DNA of 64,000 nucleotides from Vicinamibacteria bacterium (GTDB lineage Bacteria; Acidobacteriota; Vicinamibacteria; Marinacidobacterales; Marinacidobacteraceae): contig OZ219815.1 of the NCBI GenBank assembly GCA_964291235.2, positions 864,001 through 928,000 on the forward strand, given 5' to 3'. Under the pieces are notes generated by a model. The model had not been told where the DNA came from and made no database searches. It saw only the letters and a program-made list of their open reading frames with translations. The position numbers were made by a program, and so were the translations under genes. Each line of letters starts with the position of its first letter. The first letter of the stretch is position 1. Shown here piece by piece: positions 19,339-30,900 of this stretch.

Positions 19339-21042
19339 ATGACGCGCCTGCTGGCCCTGCTTCGCTCGGAGTTCCGCAGGGTCGTCCCCGCAGGGTACTC
19401 GCGATCCGACCTGACCACCGACCTCTCGGCGGGACTGACGGTTTCGGTGGTCGCCCTGCCGCTGGGCCTGGTGGTCGCGATCGCCGCGGGAGCGAGCCCG
19501 GACAAGGGCCTGGTCGGGATCATCATCGGCGGCGCGGTCATCGCACTCTTCACCGCGAGCCGCTTCCAGATCGGCGGTCCCACGGAGGCCTGCATCCTGA
19601 TCGCGGTGGTGGTCATCGAGATATTCGGCTACGAGGGCCTGCTCGCCGCGACCCTGCTGGCCGGGATTTTCCTGGTGGGGATGGCGATCTCCCGGGTCGG
19701 GATCCTCATCGAGGCCATGCCCCAGGCGGTGATCACTGGCTTCGTGACCGGGATGGGGCTGATCATCTTCACCGGACAGATCGTGCCCTTCTTCGGGCTA
19801 GCGGGCTCGGTGCACGCACACGAACACGGCGGCGCCGAACACTCCCACTCCTTCCTCTTCATCATCGAAGGCGTGGTCAGCCGGCTCGGCAACATCGAGA
19901 TGACCACGCTCCTGGTGGGCAGCGTTTCGCTGCTCGCAGTGGTGCTGACCAAACGGTATGCGCCGAGGCTGCCGTCCTATGTGATGGGCCTGCTGGCCGG
20001 CGCCCTCGTGACCGGCGTGCTCGGGCTGGAGGTGGCCACCATCGGCGGCACCTTCGGCGAGCTACCCAATCGCCTGCCGCTGCCCCTGATTCCGTCGCTC
20101 GACGAGTGGGTGGCGCTGATGCCATACGCGGTGGCCATCGCCTTCCTCTCGAGCGCCGAGTCCCTGCTCGCCGCCTCGATGGCGAGCCGTTCCCGCGGCG
20201 TTCCCAGCCGCCCCAACCGGGAGTTCACCGCCGTCGGTGTGGGGAACATCGCGACTGCGATCTGGGGAGGCTTCCCCGTGGGTGGGTGCGTGGCGCGCAC
20301 CGCGACGTGCCTCGCTGCCGGGGCGCGGTCCCCGCTGGCCGGTCTCTTCCACGCGATCTTCGTCGCGCTCTTCGTCCTGTTCTTCTCCTGGGCGCTCGAG
20401 TTCATCCCGCTCACCTCGCTGGCGGCGGTACTGCTGGTAGTCGCGAGCCGGATGGTCGAGGTGGACCAGATGCGGGTGATCTGGCGGGCCCCCATCGGGG
20501 ACCGGATCATCCTGCTCGGCACTCTCGGCACCACCCTCTTCTGGGATATCCGCTTCGTGCTGCCGGTCGGGCTCGCCCTCGGCGCCGTCATCTTCATCCA
20601 GCGCGTCTCGGGGATTTTCGAGGTGCGGCGCGGCGACGCGGCGCTCTTCGATTCGGAGGAGATGGTGCATACGCGACCCCTGCCCTTCCTGATGCCGGAC
20701 GGCGTCGAGATGTTCACCTTCCGGGGGGCTCTCTTCTACGGAACGGTGAGCAGCCTTTCGGACCTGCTCGCCCGGGCCGCTGACGAGCGGCCGGCCTGCG
20801 TCTTCGGAATGCGGAACGTGTACTTCATCGATCCGACCGCGTGCCTGCTGCTGCTGGACCTGGCCCGCAGCCTGCGCCGGAGCGGCACCACCTGCTACTT
20901 CTGGGGGATCCAGCCCGAGGTCGCGGAGGTCATGCACGCCACCGACTTCAAGCCGGAGGAGGGCATCTTCTTCTTCCCGGACGCCGCGAGCGCCGTGGAA
21001 GCCGCGAGCGAGCGCGCCGCCACGACGGGCGAGACCGCCTGA
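19339..21042 (+). CDS. SulP/SLC26 anion permease with STAS domain
   Basis: DLSAGLTVSVVALP, QIGGPT, many TM helices, C-terminal GALFYG STAS domain. Confidence 0.93.
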   Translation: MTRLLALLRSEFRRVVPAGYSRSDLTTDLSAGLTVSVVALPLGLVVAIAAGASPDKGLVGIIIGGAVIALFTASRFQIGGPTEACILIAVVVIEIFGYEGLLAATLLAGIFLVGMAISRVGILIEAMPQAVITGFVTGMGLIIFTGQIVPFFGLAGSVHAHEHGGAEHSHSFLFIIEGVVSRLGNIEMTTLLVGSVSLLAVVLTKRYAPRLPSYVMGLLAGALVTGVLGLEVATIGGTFGELPNRLPLPLIPSLDEWVALMPYAVAIAFLSSAESLLAASMASRSRGVPSRPNREFTAVGVGNIATAIWGGFPVGGCVARTATCLAAGARSPLAGLFHAIFVALFVLFFSWALEFIPLTSLAAVLLVVASRMVEVDQMRVIWRAPIGDRIILLGTLGTTLFWDIRFVLPVGLALGAVIFIQRVSGIFEVRRGDAALFDSEEMVHTRPLPFLMPDGVEMFTFRGALFYGTVSSLSDLLARAADERPACVFGMRNVYFIDPTACLLLLDLARSLRRSGTTCYFWGIQPEVAEVMHATDFKPEEGIFFFPDAASAVEAASERAATTGETA

Positions 21043-21049
21043 ATTCACG

Positions 21050-22123
21050 ATGGAACGACGCACCTTTCTCGGCCTGATGGCCGCCTCCCTCGGCACGCGC
21101 CGTTCCTGGGCGCAGCAACCGCCCCGGAACCCGGCGATTGACGCCCTCTACGACCGCTCGGTGGTCATCGATTCGCTCGCGGTCGGCTACGAATGGGACG
21201 AGGTGGAGTACGACGCGATCGAGCGCTCGGGATACACGGGGATCCAGACCACCCTCCCGAGCGGAAACTTCCAGACCGCGGCACGGGCGCTCGCCGAGTG
21301 GAGGCAGCGGATTCGTGAGAACCCGGACAAACTGGTCCACGCCACCAAGGCAGCGCACATCGAGCGGGCGAAAGCCGAGGGAAAGATGGCTGTGGTGTTC
21401 GGTTTCCAGAACGCCACCATGCTGGAAGGCGAACTGCGGAACCTGGACCCGCTCTACGAACTCGGGACCCGCTGCATCCAGCTCACCTACAACTCCCAGA
21501 ACCGGTTGGGCAGCGGCTGCACCGAGCGGGTGGACGGCGGGCTCTCGGACTTCGGAGTCGAAGTCGTCGGGCGGATGAACGAACTCGGGATCATCGTGGA
21601 CCTCTCCCACTGCGGCCGGAAGACTTCGATGGACGGGATCGAGGTCTCCCGAACGTCCCCGGCGTTCACTCACACCTTCTGCGAGGCGATCTACAACGAT
21701 CATCCGCGCGCCAAGACCGACGAACAGATCCGCGCGATGTCCGACAAGGGCGGAATCACCGGCATCGCCAGCCTCGGCTATTTCGTCGGCCCCGATCCGG
21801 ACTCCTCGCTCGAGGACTACGTGAACCACATCATGCACGCGGTGGACATCGGCGGCATCGAGCACGTGGGCATCTCGACCGACCACGCGATCCGCGGTCT
21901 CCGGTCCTGGGCCACCCGCGAAAACTGGTATGAACCGCGGCTGAGGAACTTCAAGCCGAGCTACCGCGTGCGCTGGCCTCCCTTCATCGAAGGCCTCGAC
22001 GAGCCGGAGCGTTTCCGGAACGTCGCCCACTCCCTCGACCGGCGCGGGGTCGCCGAGGTGGACATCGCGAAGATCCTCGGCGGCAACTGGGTCCGCTACT
22101 TCCGGGACATCTTTGGCGGCTGA
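21050..22123 (+). CDS. Membrane dipeptidase (M19 family), Tat-exported
   Basis: RRTFL Tat motif, QLTYN, VDLSHCG, HPRAKTDEQ, HVGISTD. Confidence 0.9.
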   Translation: MERRTFLGLMAASLGTRRSWAQQPPRNPAIDALYDRSVVIDSLAVGYEWDEVEYDAIERSGYTGIQTTLPSGNFQTAARALAEWRQRIRENPDKLVHATKAAHIERAKAEGKMAVVFGFQNATMLEGELRNLDPLYELGTRCIQLTYNSQNRLGSGCTERVDGGLSDFGVEVVGRMNELGIIVDLSHCGRKTSMDGIEVSRTSPAFTHTFCEAIYNDHPRAKTDEQIRAMSDKGGITGIASLGYFVGPDPDSSLEDYVNHIMHAVDIGGIEHVGISTDHAIRGLRSWATRENWYEPRLRNFKPSYRVRWPPFIEGLDEPERFRNVAHSLDRRGVAEVDIAKILGGNWVRYFRDIFGG

Positions 22124-23189
22124 ACCGGAGCGCCGGCCGTCAGACCGGCGCCGTTCGTCGGCCGGAGACGAAGCACGAGTCGCCAACCGCTTTCAAACAC
22201 GGCTGGATCGGGGTGGGATTCCCCAGCCCCTGATTCTCGACGGCGGCCTCGCGACCGAGCTGGAAGCCGACGGGTTCGACCTGAACCACCCGCTCTGGTC
22301 GGCGAAGGTGCTGATCGAAACCCCGGAGGCGGTCCGCGCCGTCCACGCCCGTTTTCTCGTGGCGGGCGCCGACTGCATCATCTCCGCCACCTACCAGGCA
22401 AGCTTCCCCGGCCTGGCTCGCTACGGACTCTCCGACAAGGACTCGGAGCGGCTGTTCCGATTCGCGGTGGAACTGGCGACCGAAGAACGCAACCGCTTCT
22501 GGCGCGATCCGGCAAACCGGGTCGGACGCCGGCGCCCGCTGGTGGCGGCGAGCGTCGGCCCCTACGGCGCATTCCTCGCCGACGGGTCGGAATACACGGG
22601 CGACTCCGTGATCGACGACGCCGGGCTCGCCGCCTTCCACTGGCGGCGGCTGGGGCTGCTCGCGCGGGCGGGCGCCGACCTGCTGGCGATCGAGACGATC
22701 CCGTCGGCGCGCGAGGGGCGCGTGCTCCGGCGCCTGCTCGAACGGCTCGAGAACGCGCCGCCGGCGTGGCTGTCCTTCACGTGCCGGGACGGAGCGCGCC
22801 TCTCCGACGGGACACCGGTCGAGGAAATCGCGGCGGATCTCGCCGACTGTGAGCGCCTCCACTGGATCGGCGTCAACTGCACCGCCCCGAAACACCTCGC
22901 TGCACTCCTCCCGAAGTTCCGGGCGGCGACCCGCAAGCCGGCGGTCGCCTACCCGAACGGCGACGGCCGCTGGGACCCGGTCCGGAAGATCTGGGAGACA
23001 CCAGCCGAAACGGCGGATTTGCCGACGCTGGCTCCCGAGTGGCGGCGCCTGGGAGCCGCCCTCATCGGCGGTTGCTGCCGGACGCGTCCGAAGGACATCC
23101 GCGGGATCCGCGCGGAGTTCCGCAGCCAGGCCGGTGTGGCGTCCGCCTCAGCCTGTGGTGAAACCCTTGTGAGTGGCCGAGACGGGTGA
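22113..23189 (+). CDS. mmuM: Homocysteine S-methyltransferase
   Basis: LDGGLATELE, SVGPYGAFLADGSEY, GVNC, IGGCCR. Start uncertain; last codons lie inside a MITE. Confidence 0.92.
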   Translation: MAAEPERRPSDRRRSSAGDEARVANRFQTRLDRGGIPQPLILDGGLATELEADGFDLNHPLWSAKVLIETPEAVRAVHARFLVAGADCIISATYQASFPGLARYGLSDKDSERLFRFAVELATEERNRFWRDPANRVGRRRPLVAASVGPYGAFLADGSEYTGDSVIDDAGLAAFHWRRLGLLARAGADLLAIETIPSAREGRVLRRLLERLENAPPAWLSFTCRDGARLSDGTPVEEIAADLADCERLHWIGVNCTAPKHLAALLPKFRAATRKPAVAYPNGDGRWDPVRKIWETPAETADLPTLAPEWRRLGAALIGGCCRTRPKDIRGIRAEFRSQAGVASASACGETLVSGRDG

Positions 23190-23382
23190 GGCCCAGTTCT
23201 CCCGGTGGAGCCAGTTCTCCCGGTGGGGGCCCGGCTGACCAGGCGCGTGGGGGAGGAATACCGGGTGTATTTCGACCGAAACGCAACGCCGAGCGCCTCG
23301 TAGGGGCGCGGTTCGGCCGGGATGCATCGCCCGTCGAGCCCCCACCGGGAGAACTGGGCCTCGGGGGTTTTGCCACAGGCTG
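23149..23382. mobile_element. MITE-like element, 234 bp
   Basis: Terminal inverted repeats CAGCCTGTGGTGAAACCC (23149) and GGGTTTTGCCACAGGCTG (ends 23382) match 16/18. Internal perfect 21-bp inverted repeat at 23188-23208 and 23342-23362. No transposase. Confidence 0.75.
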
Positions 23383-23816
23383 CCAAACGGGGATTCCGGG
23401 CCGGCCTGCCAACCCGAACAGGCTCCCCGAGGGGAGCGTCGGGCGCCGCGCGTGACACCGCAAACGTGCTGGGACGTCGCAATTGACGAATGTTCGGTGT
23501 ACCGTAGTACCGTCTGGTCCCGGAGGTGGATGCCTTGCTCAAGCAGCCAGTTGAACTCTGGCAACTCCGGCGGCGGCCATCGTCGGGAGTCATCAGCAGC
23601 ATCACGTCGAGATGGTCGAGGCGCTGACGACGCACGATCACGAAACTCCATGACCAAGACGACGGGCATCCTGCGGGACACGCGGCGCTGGAGGAAGAAT
23701 CCACGCCATCCGCGAAGATGTTGCCGGAATGGCGGGCCATTTTGGAACATGTTGACCCCCTTTCCAGGTGCCGCCGCGGATCCGCACGCACCGTGTGCCG
23801 GAGCCGGGAAAGGTAG

Positions 23817-24848
23817 ATGGCATTGACGAACGCAAACAGTCCCAACGCCGGTTCCCAGCTGCGGGGTCCAGCCCCTCCGGGCCACTCCGGCGACGATTAC
23901 CAGGATCCCTTCCAGGGCGACCCGGGCCGGTCCGAGAGTTCCGCTGCCGCGGGCAACCGAGGCCTGTGGATCGCGCTGGTTCTGATCGTCGGGTTCATGA
24001 TCGGCGAGGTCACCGCCGGCTTCCTGGCGGGCAGCCTGATCCTCCTCGCCCACGCGGGACACATGCTTGCGGACGGCGTGTCCATCGGGATCGCCCTGGT
24101 GGCGATGCGCTTCTCGCCCCAGTCAGCGACGGTGGAGCGGACCTACGGTTTCCATCGCACGGAAGTCTTCGCCGCCCTCGTGAACGCGCTGGTGCTGTGG
24201 GGGATTTCCGTCGCGGTGCTCTTCGAGGGATACCGGCGTCTCTCCGACACTCCGGAAGTCCAGGGTGAACTCCTGCTGATCGTGGGATCGATCGGTCTCG
24301 TCGTGAACATCTCGGCTGTCTGGCTCCTGCACGGGCCGGCACAGCGGAACGTCACGGTCCAGGGTGTGGTGCAGCACATGATCACCGACCTGCTGGGGTC
24401 GGTTGCGGTGGTGGTCGCCGGGGTGCTCGTCTGGGCGTTCGGCTGGCAGGTGGCGGATCCCGTCCTGAGCCTGCTGATCGGGGTCCTGATCCTGGCGAGC
24501 ACCTGGCGCCTGCTGTCCAAGGTCGTGCAGGTCCTTCTGGAGGGCACTCCGGAACACATCGACGTGTACGCACTCTGCTACCAGATCGAGCAGTTGGAGG
24601 GCATCACGCTGATTCACGACGTGCATTGCTGGACCCTGGCTCCGGGATACGACGCGATGACCGCGCACATTCTGGTGGAACCCGACTCCGGGTCGGGTGA
24701 CGGCCGTGATTCCCTGCTGGACAGCATCAGGGACATTGCCTACAAGGAATTCAACATCCACCACATCACGATCCAGCTCGAAACCGCAGCCGGCCGCTGC
24801 CTCGAAGCTCACCACGTCGGCCACCTGATGGCTACCGCCCGCGACTAG
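23817..24848 (+). CDS. Cation diffusion facilitator (CzcD/ZitB-like)
   Basis: AGHMLAD, TYGFHRTE, HMITDLLGS, HDVHCW, HHITIQLE. Confidence 0.93.
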   Translation: MALTNANSPNAGSQLRGPAPPGHSGDDYQDPFQGDPGRSESSAAAGNRGLWIALVLIVGFMIGEVTAGFLAGSLILLAHAGHMLADGVSIGIALVAMRFSPQSATVERTYGFHRTEVFAALVNALVLWGISVAVLFEGYRRLSDTPEVQGELLLIVGSIGLVVNISAVWLLHGPAQRNVTVQGVVQHMITDLLGSVAVVVAGVLVWAFGWQVADPVLSLLIGVLILASTWRLLSKVVQVLLEGTPEHIDVYALCYQIEQLEGITLIHDVHCWTLAPGYDAMTAHILVEPDSGSGDGRDSLLDSIRDIAYKEFNIHHITIQLETAAGRCLEAHHVGHLMATARD

Positions 24849-24900
24849 GCGAACGGGTAGGCAGTGGCTCCTGAGGCCTAGTCAGCCGGAGGAGGGAGGA

Positions 24901-26166
24901 ATGCGAACGTCGGGTCCGCGAACGCTACTGGCTCTCGGCAGCCTTCTCCTGCTGCCGAACGCCGCCATCGGCCAGGAAGGCGTTCGTCGCGTGACTCTCG
25001 GCGAAGCTCTGCAGGAGTTCGTCGAGAACAGCCTCGCGTTGAAGATCGCCCGGTCGGAGGCCGCAGAGATCGCGGGGGCCGCGCGCCAGTCCCGGGTCTA
25101 TTCGAACCCGTCGCTCTCCTTCAGCCACGACGACCTCCACCACGACGACCCCGTGACCGGGACGGAGAGGTTCTGGGAACAGACCATCCAGTTCGTTCAG
25201 GAAGTCGAATGGCCCGCCCGCACCTCCGCGCGGCGCCGGGCGGCCACCCACACCATCAGCGCCAGCCGGGCCGGGCTGCGCGCCGAGTCGGTTGAGCTCG
25301 CCTTCGAGGTCCGCGAGGCCTACGCCGTGGCATGGTTTGCCGAGGAGGCGGAACGCACCGTAAGCGAGGCCGCCGAGGTGATCCGCAGGGTGGCGGAGGA
25401 CGCCGAGGCCCGCCTGGAGGCGGGAGACATCTCGGCCTACGAGACCCGCCGGCTACGCCTCGAGCGGGTACGAGCCGAGCAGGAGGTGGTGGACGCCGGA
25501 CTCCGGGCCCGCACCGCCCGAAGGCGTCTGGCCGCGCTCATCTCCCCCGGAACCGGAACGGAGGAGGTCGGTCCCTCGAACGGGCTTGATCGAATTCCAC
25601 CACCGGTGACCCGCGAAGCCGCGCTGGGCGCTCTCTCCGAGCGGCCGGATCTGGAAGCCGCGGCGCGAGAGCGGGACGCTGCCGAGGCCAGTGTGGAGGT
25701 AGCCAGTTTCGCCATGAGACCCGCCCCGGCCGTCGGCGTCGGATACCGGCATCATCTGGACGGATTCGCCGGCGCCGCTCTGAGCCTCGATGTGCCCCTG
25801 CCGGTGTTCGACAGGGGAAGGGGGACACAGGAGGAGGCGGCCGCCCGGAGTTCCGCGGCCGCCTATCGGCTGGATCTGAGGCGACGGCTGGCCGAGTACG
25901 ATCTGGTGGGCGCTGCGGATCACTACGCAGCCGGGCGGGCCCGCGTCGAAGCGGCGGTGGACGGGCTGCTGGCGGACGGCGAATTCGTCCTGTCCTCCGC
26001 GACCGCGGCGTATGCCGAGAACGAAATGACCCTGGTCGAACTGCTCGACGCGGCCGACGCGTTTCAGGGGGCCCGGCTCACGGCGCTGTCGCTGCAGTCC
26101 GACGCCTGGATCGGCTATTTCGACCTGCTTCGCGCCATGGGAAGGGGCTCGGAGGAGCAACCATGA
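24901..26166 (+). CDS. TolC/CzcC family outer membrane efflux protein
   Basis: Signal peptide, helical OEP repeats, VPLPVFDRGRG, MTLVELLDA. Confidence 0.9.
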   Translation: MRTSGPRTLLALGSLLLLPNAAIGQEGVRRVTLGEALQEFVENSLALKIARSEAAEIAGAARQSRVYSNPSLSFSHDDLHHDDPVTGTERFWEQTIQFVQEVEWPARTSARRRAATHTISASRAGLRAESVELAFEVREAYAVAWFAEEAERTVSEAAEVIRRVAEDAEARLEAGDISAYETRRLRLERVRAEQEVVDAGLRARTARRRLAALISPGTGTEEVGPSNGLDRIPPPVTREAALGALSERPDLEAAARERDAAEASVEVASFAMRPAPAVGVGYRHHLDGFAGAALSLDVPLPVFDRGRGTQEEAAARSSAAAYRLDLRRRLAEYDLVGAADHYAAGRARVEAAVDGLLADGEFVLSSATAAYAENEMTLVELLDAADAFQGARLTALSLQSDAWIGYFDLLRAMGRGSEEQP

Positions 26167-27890
26167 CCGCCCGTGGAAAAAGCGCCCCGCATCATCACGC
26201 CTTAGCAGCCGGTGGAGACCCGGTTCCCTTCGAGGTCCCGGGAATGTGGGGCGCTTTCCCCACGGGACGGCGGAACGAAGCGCCGCGGGCGCTGGGTGGC
26301 GTCCCGCGGGGAATGCAACGAACCGCCGTTCACGGGTGGCTGCTCGCTTCGCTGATGAGCCTCGGGCTGGCAGGTTGCGGCGGCGCCGGGGAGGAGAGCG
26401 ACGCCGCTGTCTCGGCGCACGATCCCCACCCCGGCGGAGGACAGTTCACCGCGCGGTCCGGAGACATCGAGCTGTTCGCCCTGTACCCGCACCAGATCGT
26501 GGGCACCGAGAGCGAAGAGACCTGGGAGATCCACCTGACCTGGGTGGAAAGCTGGCAGCCGGTCGAGGACGCCAGGGTGACGCTCAACATGGTCGGGCCG
26601 ACCCGCACGGAGCGGCAGCTGGCCGCCCAGCCGGGCGTCCCGGGCGTGTATCTCGCGGTGCCCACGCTGCCGACCATCGGAACCTGGCGGGCTGCGTTTG
26701 CGGTGTCGGCCGACGGCCGGGAATACGCATTCGAGGCTCAGCCGTTCGAGGTTTTCGAGAGCGAGGAAGGGGTCGATCCGCATGCCGGGCATGACCATGA
26801 CGACCATGAGGGGCACGGCCTGCCGGGAGACGTGCACGAAGACGAGCCCGACGCGGGGCTGATCACCCTGGCCGTGGAAGAACAGTGGTCCATTCCTTTT
26901 GCGGTCGCCACCGCCGAGGAACGCGAAATCCCGGCCTCGTTTCCGGCCGCCGGTGAACTGGTAGCTCCCCCCGGAGGTCTCGTACACGTATCCGCCCCGG
27001 TCGCGGGACTCGTGCAGGTGGATGGCCCCCCGCTGGGACCCGGTGATTTCGTGCGGGCCGGGCAGGTTCTGGCTCTGATTGCACCCGTCCGCCTGGACAA
27101 CTCGTACGAGCGCACTCAGGCGGACGTGGCGGCGGCGCAACTCGAGGCCGAAAGGGCCGAGCGCCTTCTTGAGGCGGGCGCCATTCCCGCGCGCCGCCTG
27201 GAGGACGCGCGCCGTGAGCTCGCGGTCGCGGTCGCGGCCTTCGAAGCCATCCGGGGAGGCACGCCGGGAAACGTCGGTGATGACAATGCCGCTTCCGACC
27301 TCTACCGCGTGCGGAGCCCCATTGACGGGATGATCGCGGTCCGTGACGCCGCGCTCGGCGAGCAGGCGGAAGTGGGGGAACATTTCTTCACGATCGTGAA
27401 CACCACGACGCTCTGGTTCGTCGCCCGGGTTCCCGCCCGCTACGCGGCGGAAACCGGCCGGATCCGGGGCGCGTGGTTCACCGTCGAGGGAGGCGCGAGC
27501 CCCTACACGGTGAGCCGGGTGCTGTCCGTCGGCAGCATGATCGACCCGGAAAGCCGCACCCTCCCGGTCCGGTTCGCCGTCCCGAATTCCGACCGGGCCC
27601 TGAAGGTGGGGATGCTGGCGGAAGGACAGATCCTCATTGGCGATGCGGTGCGAGGCGCGGCGGTCCCAACCTCCGCGATCCAGGACGAGAACGGTCTCTC
27701 CGTCATCTACGTCAAGGTCACCGGAGACATGTTCGATCGCCGCGTAGTGGACATCGGCGCGTCGGACGGATCATGGACGCTGGTCGCCTCGGGGCTCGAA
27801 CTCGGGGAGCAGGTGGTCACCGAAGGGGCGTACCAGGTCAATCTGGCCGCCCTGGGCACCATCGAACCGTCCCATGGCCACGCTCACTGA
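26163..27890 (+). CDS. RND efflux periplasmic adaptor (CzcB/CusB-like) with His-rich linker
   Basis: Lipobox LAGC, HAGHDHDDHEGH, RSPIDG, IDPESRT, LKVGML, C-terminal HGHAH. True start may be downstream. Confidence 0.9.
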   Translation: MTARGKSAPHHHALAAGGDPVPFEVPGMWGAFPTGRRNEAPRALGGVPRGMQRTAVHGWLLASLMSLGLAGCGGAGEESDAAVSAHDPHPGGGQFTARSGDIELFALYPHQIVGTESEETWEIHLTWVESWQPVEDARVTLNMVGPTRTERQLAAQPGVPGVYLAVPTLPTIGTWRAAFAVSADGREYAFEAQPFEVFESEEGVDPHAGHDHDDHEGHGLPGDVHEDEPDAGLITLAVEEQWSIPFAVATAEEREIPASFPAAGELVAPPGGLVHVSAPVAGLVQVDGPPLGPGDFVRAGQVLALIAPVRLDNSYERTQADVAAAQLEAERAERLLEAGAIPARRLEDARRELAVAVAAFEAIRGGTPGNVGDDNAASDLYRVRSPIDGMIAVRDAALGEQAEVGEHFFTIVNTTTLWFVARVPARYAAETGRIRGAWFTVEGGASPYTVSRVLSVGSMIDPESRTLPVRFAVPNSDRALKVGMLAEGQILIGDAVRGAAVPTSAIQDENGLSVIYVKVTGDMFDRRVVDIGASDGSWTLVASGLELGEQVVTEGAYQVNLAALGTIEPSHGHAH

Positions 27891-27900
27891 CGGATCCGCC

Positions 27901-30900
27901 ATGGGTGGATCCGAACAGCGGGGCTTTCTCGACCACTTCGTCAGCGCTTCCCTCAAGAACCCCTTCCTGGCGCTCATCCTCGCCATGGGCCTCTTCGTGG
28001 GCGGCAGCTGGATCGCCGCCACGTTCCCGGTCGATGTCTTCCCCGACCTGACGGCTCCGACCGTCACGGTGTTGACCGATGCGCAGGGGCTGGCGCCGGA
28101 GGATGTCGAGGTAGCGATCACCTTCCCGATCGAAACGGCGCTGAACGGGGCGCTGGGGGTGCGGCGGGTCCGCTCGAGATCCGCCCACGGGATCAGCATT
28201 GTCTGGGCCGACTTCGAGTGGGGAACGGACATCTTCCTCGCCCGGCAGATCGTGAGCGCCCGATTGCAGGCGCAGGCGCTGGATCTTCCGGAAGGCGTGG
28301 ACCCGCCTGTGCTCGCGCCCGTCAGTTCGATCATGGGCGAGATCATGCTGGTCGGCTTGAGTGCGCCCGAACCGCGGCTCATGGAGGTCCGCACCCTGGC
28401 GGACTGGGTGGTGCGCCGCCGGCTGCTGGCGGTGCCGGGCGTCTCGCAGGTGATCTCCCAGGGCGGCGATGTCCGCGAATACCAGGTCCTGATCCATCCG
28501 CAGCGCCTGCTGGCCTACGAGGTGGGGCTCGAGGACGTGCTCGCCGCCACCGCGGGATCCAGCGAGAACGTGTCCGGAGGCCTCTACTGGACGAGCGGGC
28601 GTGAGGTTCTGGTTCGCGGGATCGTGCGCCCCGGCAATGCCGAAGACATCGCCCGGACCGTGGTGACGACGAGGGAGGGAATCCCGGTCCTGATCGAGGA
28701 TCTCGCGGACGTGCAGGTGGGTCCCAAGATCACCTACGGAACGGGGTCCGTGAACGCGGAACCCGCGGTGATCCTCTCGATCCAGAAACAGGCCGGAGCC
28801 AACACCCTGGAACTCACGGAGCGGGTAGAAGCCGAACTGGACCAGATCGAGGCCGTCCTCCCGGAGGGGATCACCCTGGAACGGGAGATCTTCCGGCAGG
28901 CGGACTTCATCTCGCTCGCGGTGGACAACGTGATCCTCGCGCTCCGTGACGGCGCCCTGTTCGTCATCGCCACGCTGCTGTTCTTCCTCTGGAACGTGCG
29001 CACGACCCTGATCTCGGTGGTCGCGATTCCCCTATCGCTCGCTCTCGCGATCATCGTGATGCGTGCTCTCGGCGGCACGGTGAACACCATGACGCTGGGC
29101 GGGATGGCGATCGCGATCGGGGCCCTCGTTGACGACGCGATCATCTTCGCCGAGAACGTCCATCGCCGCCTCCGTGACAACCGCCGGCGGCCGCGCGGTG
29201 AGCGCAGCGCCCCGCTGTCCATCATCAGCGGCGCCGCCAGCGAGATCCGGGATCCGATCCTCAATGCGACGTTGATCATCACGATCGTCTTCGTGCCGCT
29301 GTTCTTCCTTACCGGCGTGGAAGGGCGGATGCTCAAGCCCCTCGGCGAGGCGTACATCATCAGCATCCTGTCGTCGCTGTTCATCGCCGTGACCGTGACC
29401 CCGGCGCTGTGCTATCTGCTGCTCCCGAACGACCGCTCGATACGGCGCCAACGCGAACCGTGGCTGGTCCGCGGACTCGAGTTCCTCTACCGGTGGGTGC
29501 TCGACTGGGCGCTCCTCCGGTCCGGGAAGATGCTTCTCGCGTCGGCGCTGCTGCTGGCCGGGACGCTGGCGGTCGTTCCCACGCTGGGCCGGGAGTTTCT
29601 GCCGGAATTTCAGGAGGGCTCGCTGACGATCGCGATCATCGGAGTACCGGGTACCTCGCTCGACGAGTCCGACGAGACCGGCAGACGCGTGGAACGGAGG
29701 CTGCTACAGGTCCCGGGGGTGGTTTCGACGGCGCGGCGCACCGGCCGCGCCGAACTGGATGAGGAGGCGCAGGGCGCCAACGTCTCGCACGTGGAAGCCC
29801 AACTGGATCTCACCGGCCGGGAACTCGCCGCGGTCATGGCCGAGGTCCGCGAGCATCTTGCGGGGATTCCCGGAACCAGCATCACGGTGGGACAGCCGAT
29901 CGGCCACCGCATCGATCACATGCTTTCCGGGACGCGCGCCGCGATCGCGATCAGCATCTTCGGACCCGATCTGCGGGAACTGCGCAACATCGCGGGCCAG
30001 ATTGAGGCCATCGCCCACGACGTCCAGGGTCTCGTGGACGTCTCCGCGGAGCAGCAGGCCGAGGTGCCTCAGTTGCAGGTCCGGGCGAACCGCCGGGCTA
30101 TGGCCCGCTACGGCGTCACTCCCGGACACCTTGCGCAAGCCGTCAACGTCGCGATTCAGGGCGAGGCCGTTTCCATCGTGCGGGAGGGGGAGCGGACGTT
30201 CGATCTCCTGGTGCGCTACGCCGACGAGTACCGCACCGACCCGGAAGCCATCGGCAGCGCGCTGATGGCAACCCCCGCCGGGCCGATCGTGCCCTTGTCA
30301 CAACTCGCTTCCATCGTGAGGGCCATGGGACCGAACATGATCACGCGAGAAAACGTCCAGCGAAAGATCGTGGTCAGCGCCAACGTGGCGGAGCGCGACG
30401 TCATCGGGGCCGTCACCGAGCTTCAGGATCGGGTCGCGGCCGGACTGGACCTTCCGCCCGAGTACTTCCTCCAGTACGGAGGCCAGTTCGAGAGCGGCGA
30501 AGCTGCCAGCCGCCGCATCACCATTCTGTCGCTGTTCTCGGTCGGGGCGATCTTTCTGATCATGTTCCGCGCGTTCGGAAGCTTCCGGACGGCCATGTTC
30601 CTCATGGTGAATCTGCCGCTGGCCCTGACGGGCGGCATTGCCGCCGTCCTGCTGATCGGCGGCACCGTGAATGTCGCCACGCTGGTCGGCTTCATAACCC
30701 TGTTCGGAATCGCGGTCCGGAACGGGATGCTCCTCGTGAGCCGGTACCAGGACCTGTGCGCGGGCGGGATGCCGCTCCCCGAGGCCATCCGGCAGGGCTC
30801 GGTGGAACGTCTGAGCCCCATTCTGATGACCGCCCTGACCGCAGGCCTCGCCCTCATCCCGCTCGCGCTGGGGATCGGCGAACCGGGGAAGGAAATCCAG

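Noticed and set aside
23483-23513. TTGACG-19 bp-TACCGT as a MerR-type metal-responsive promoter
   Set aside because: No convincing dyad in the spacer and no MerR regulator in the window.
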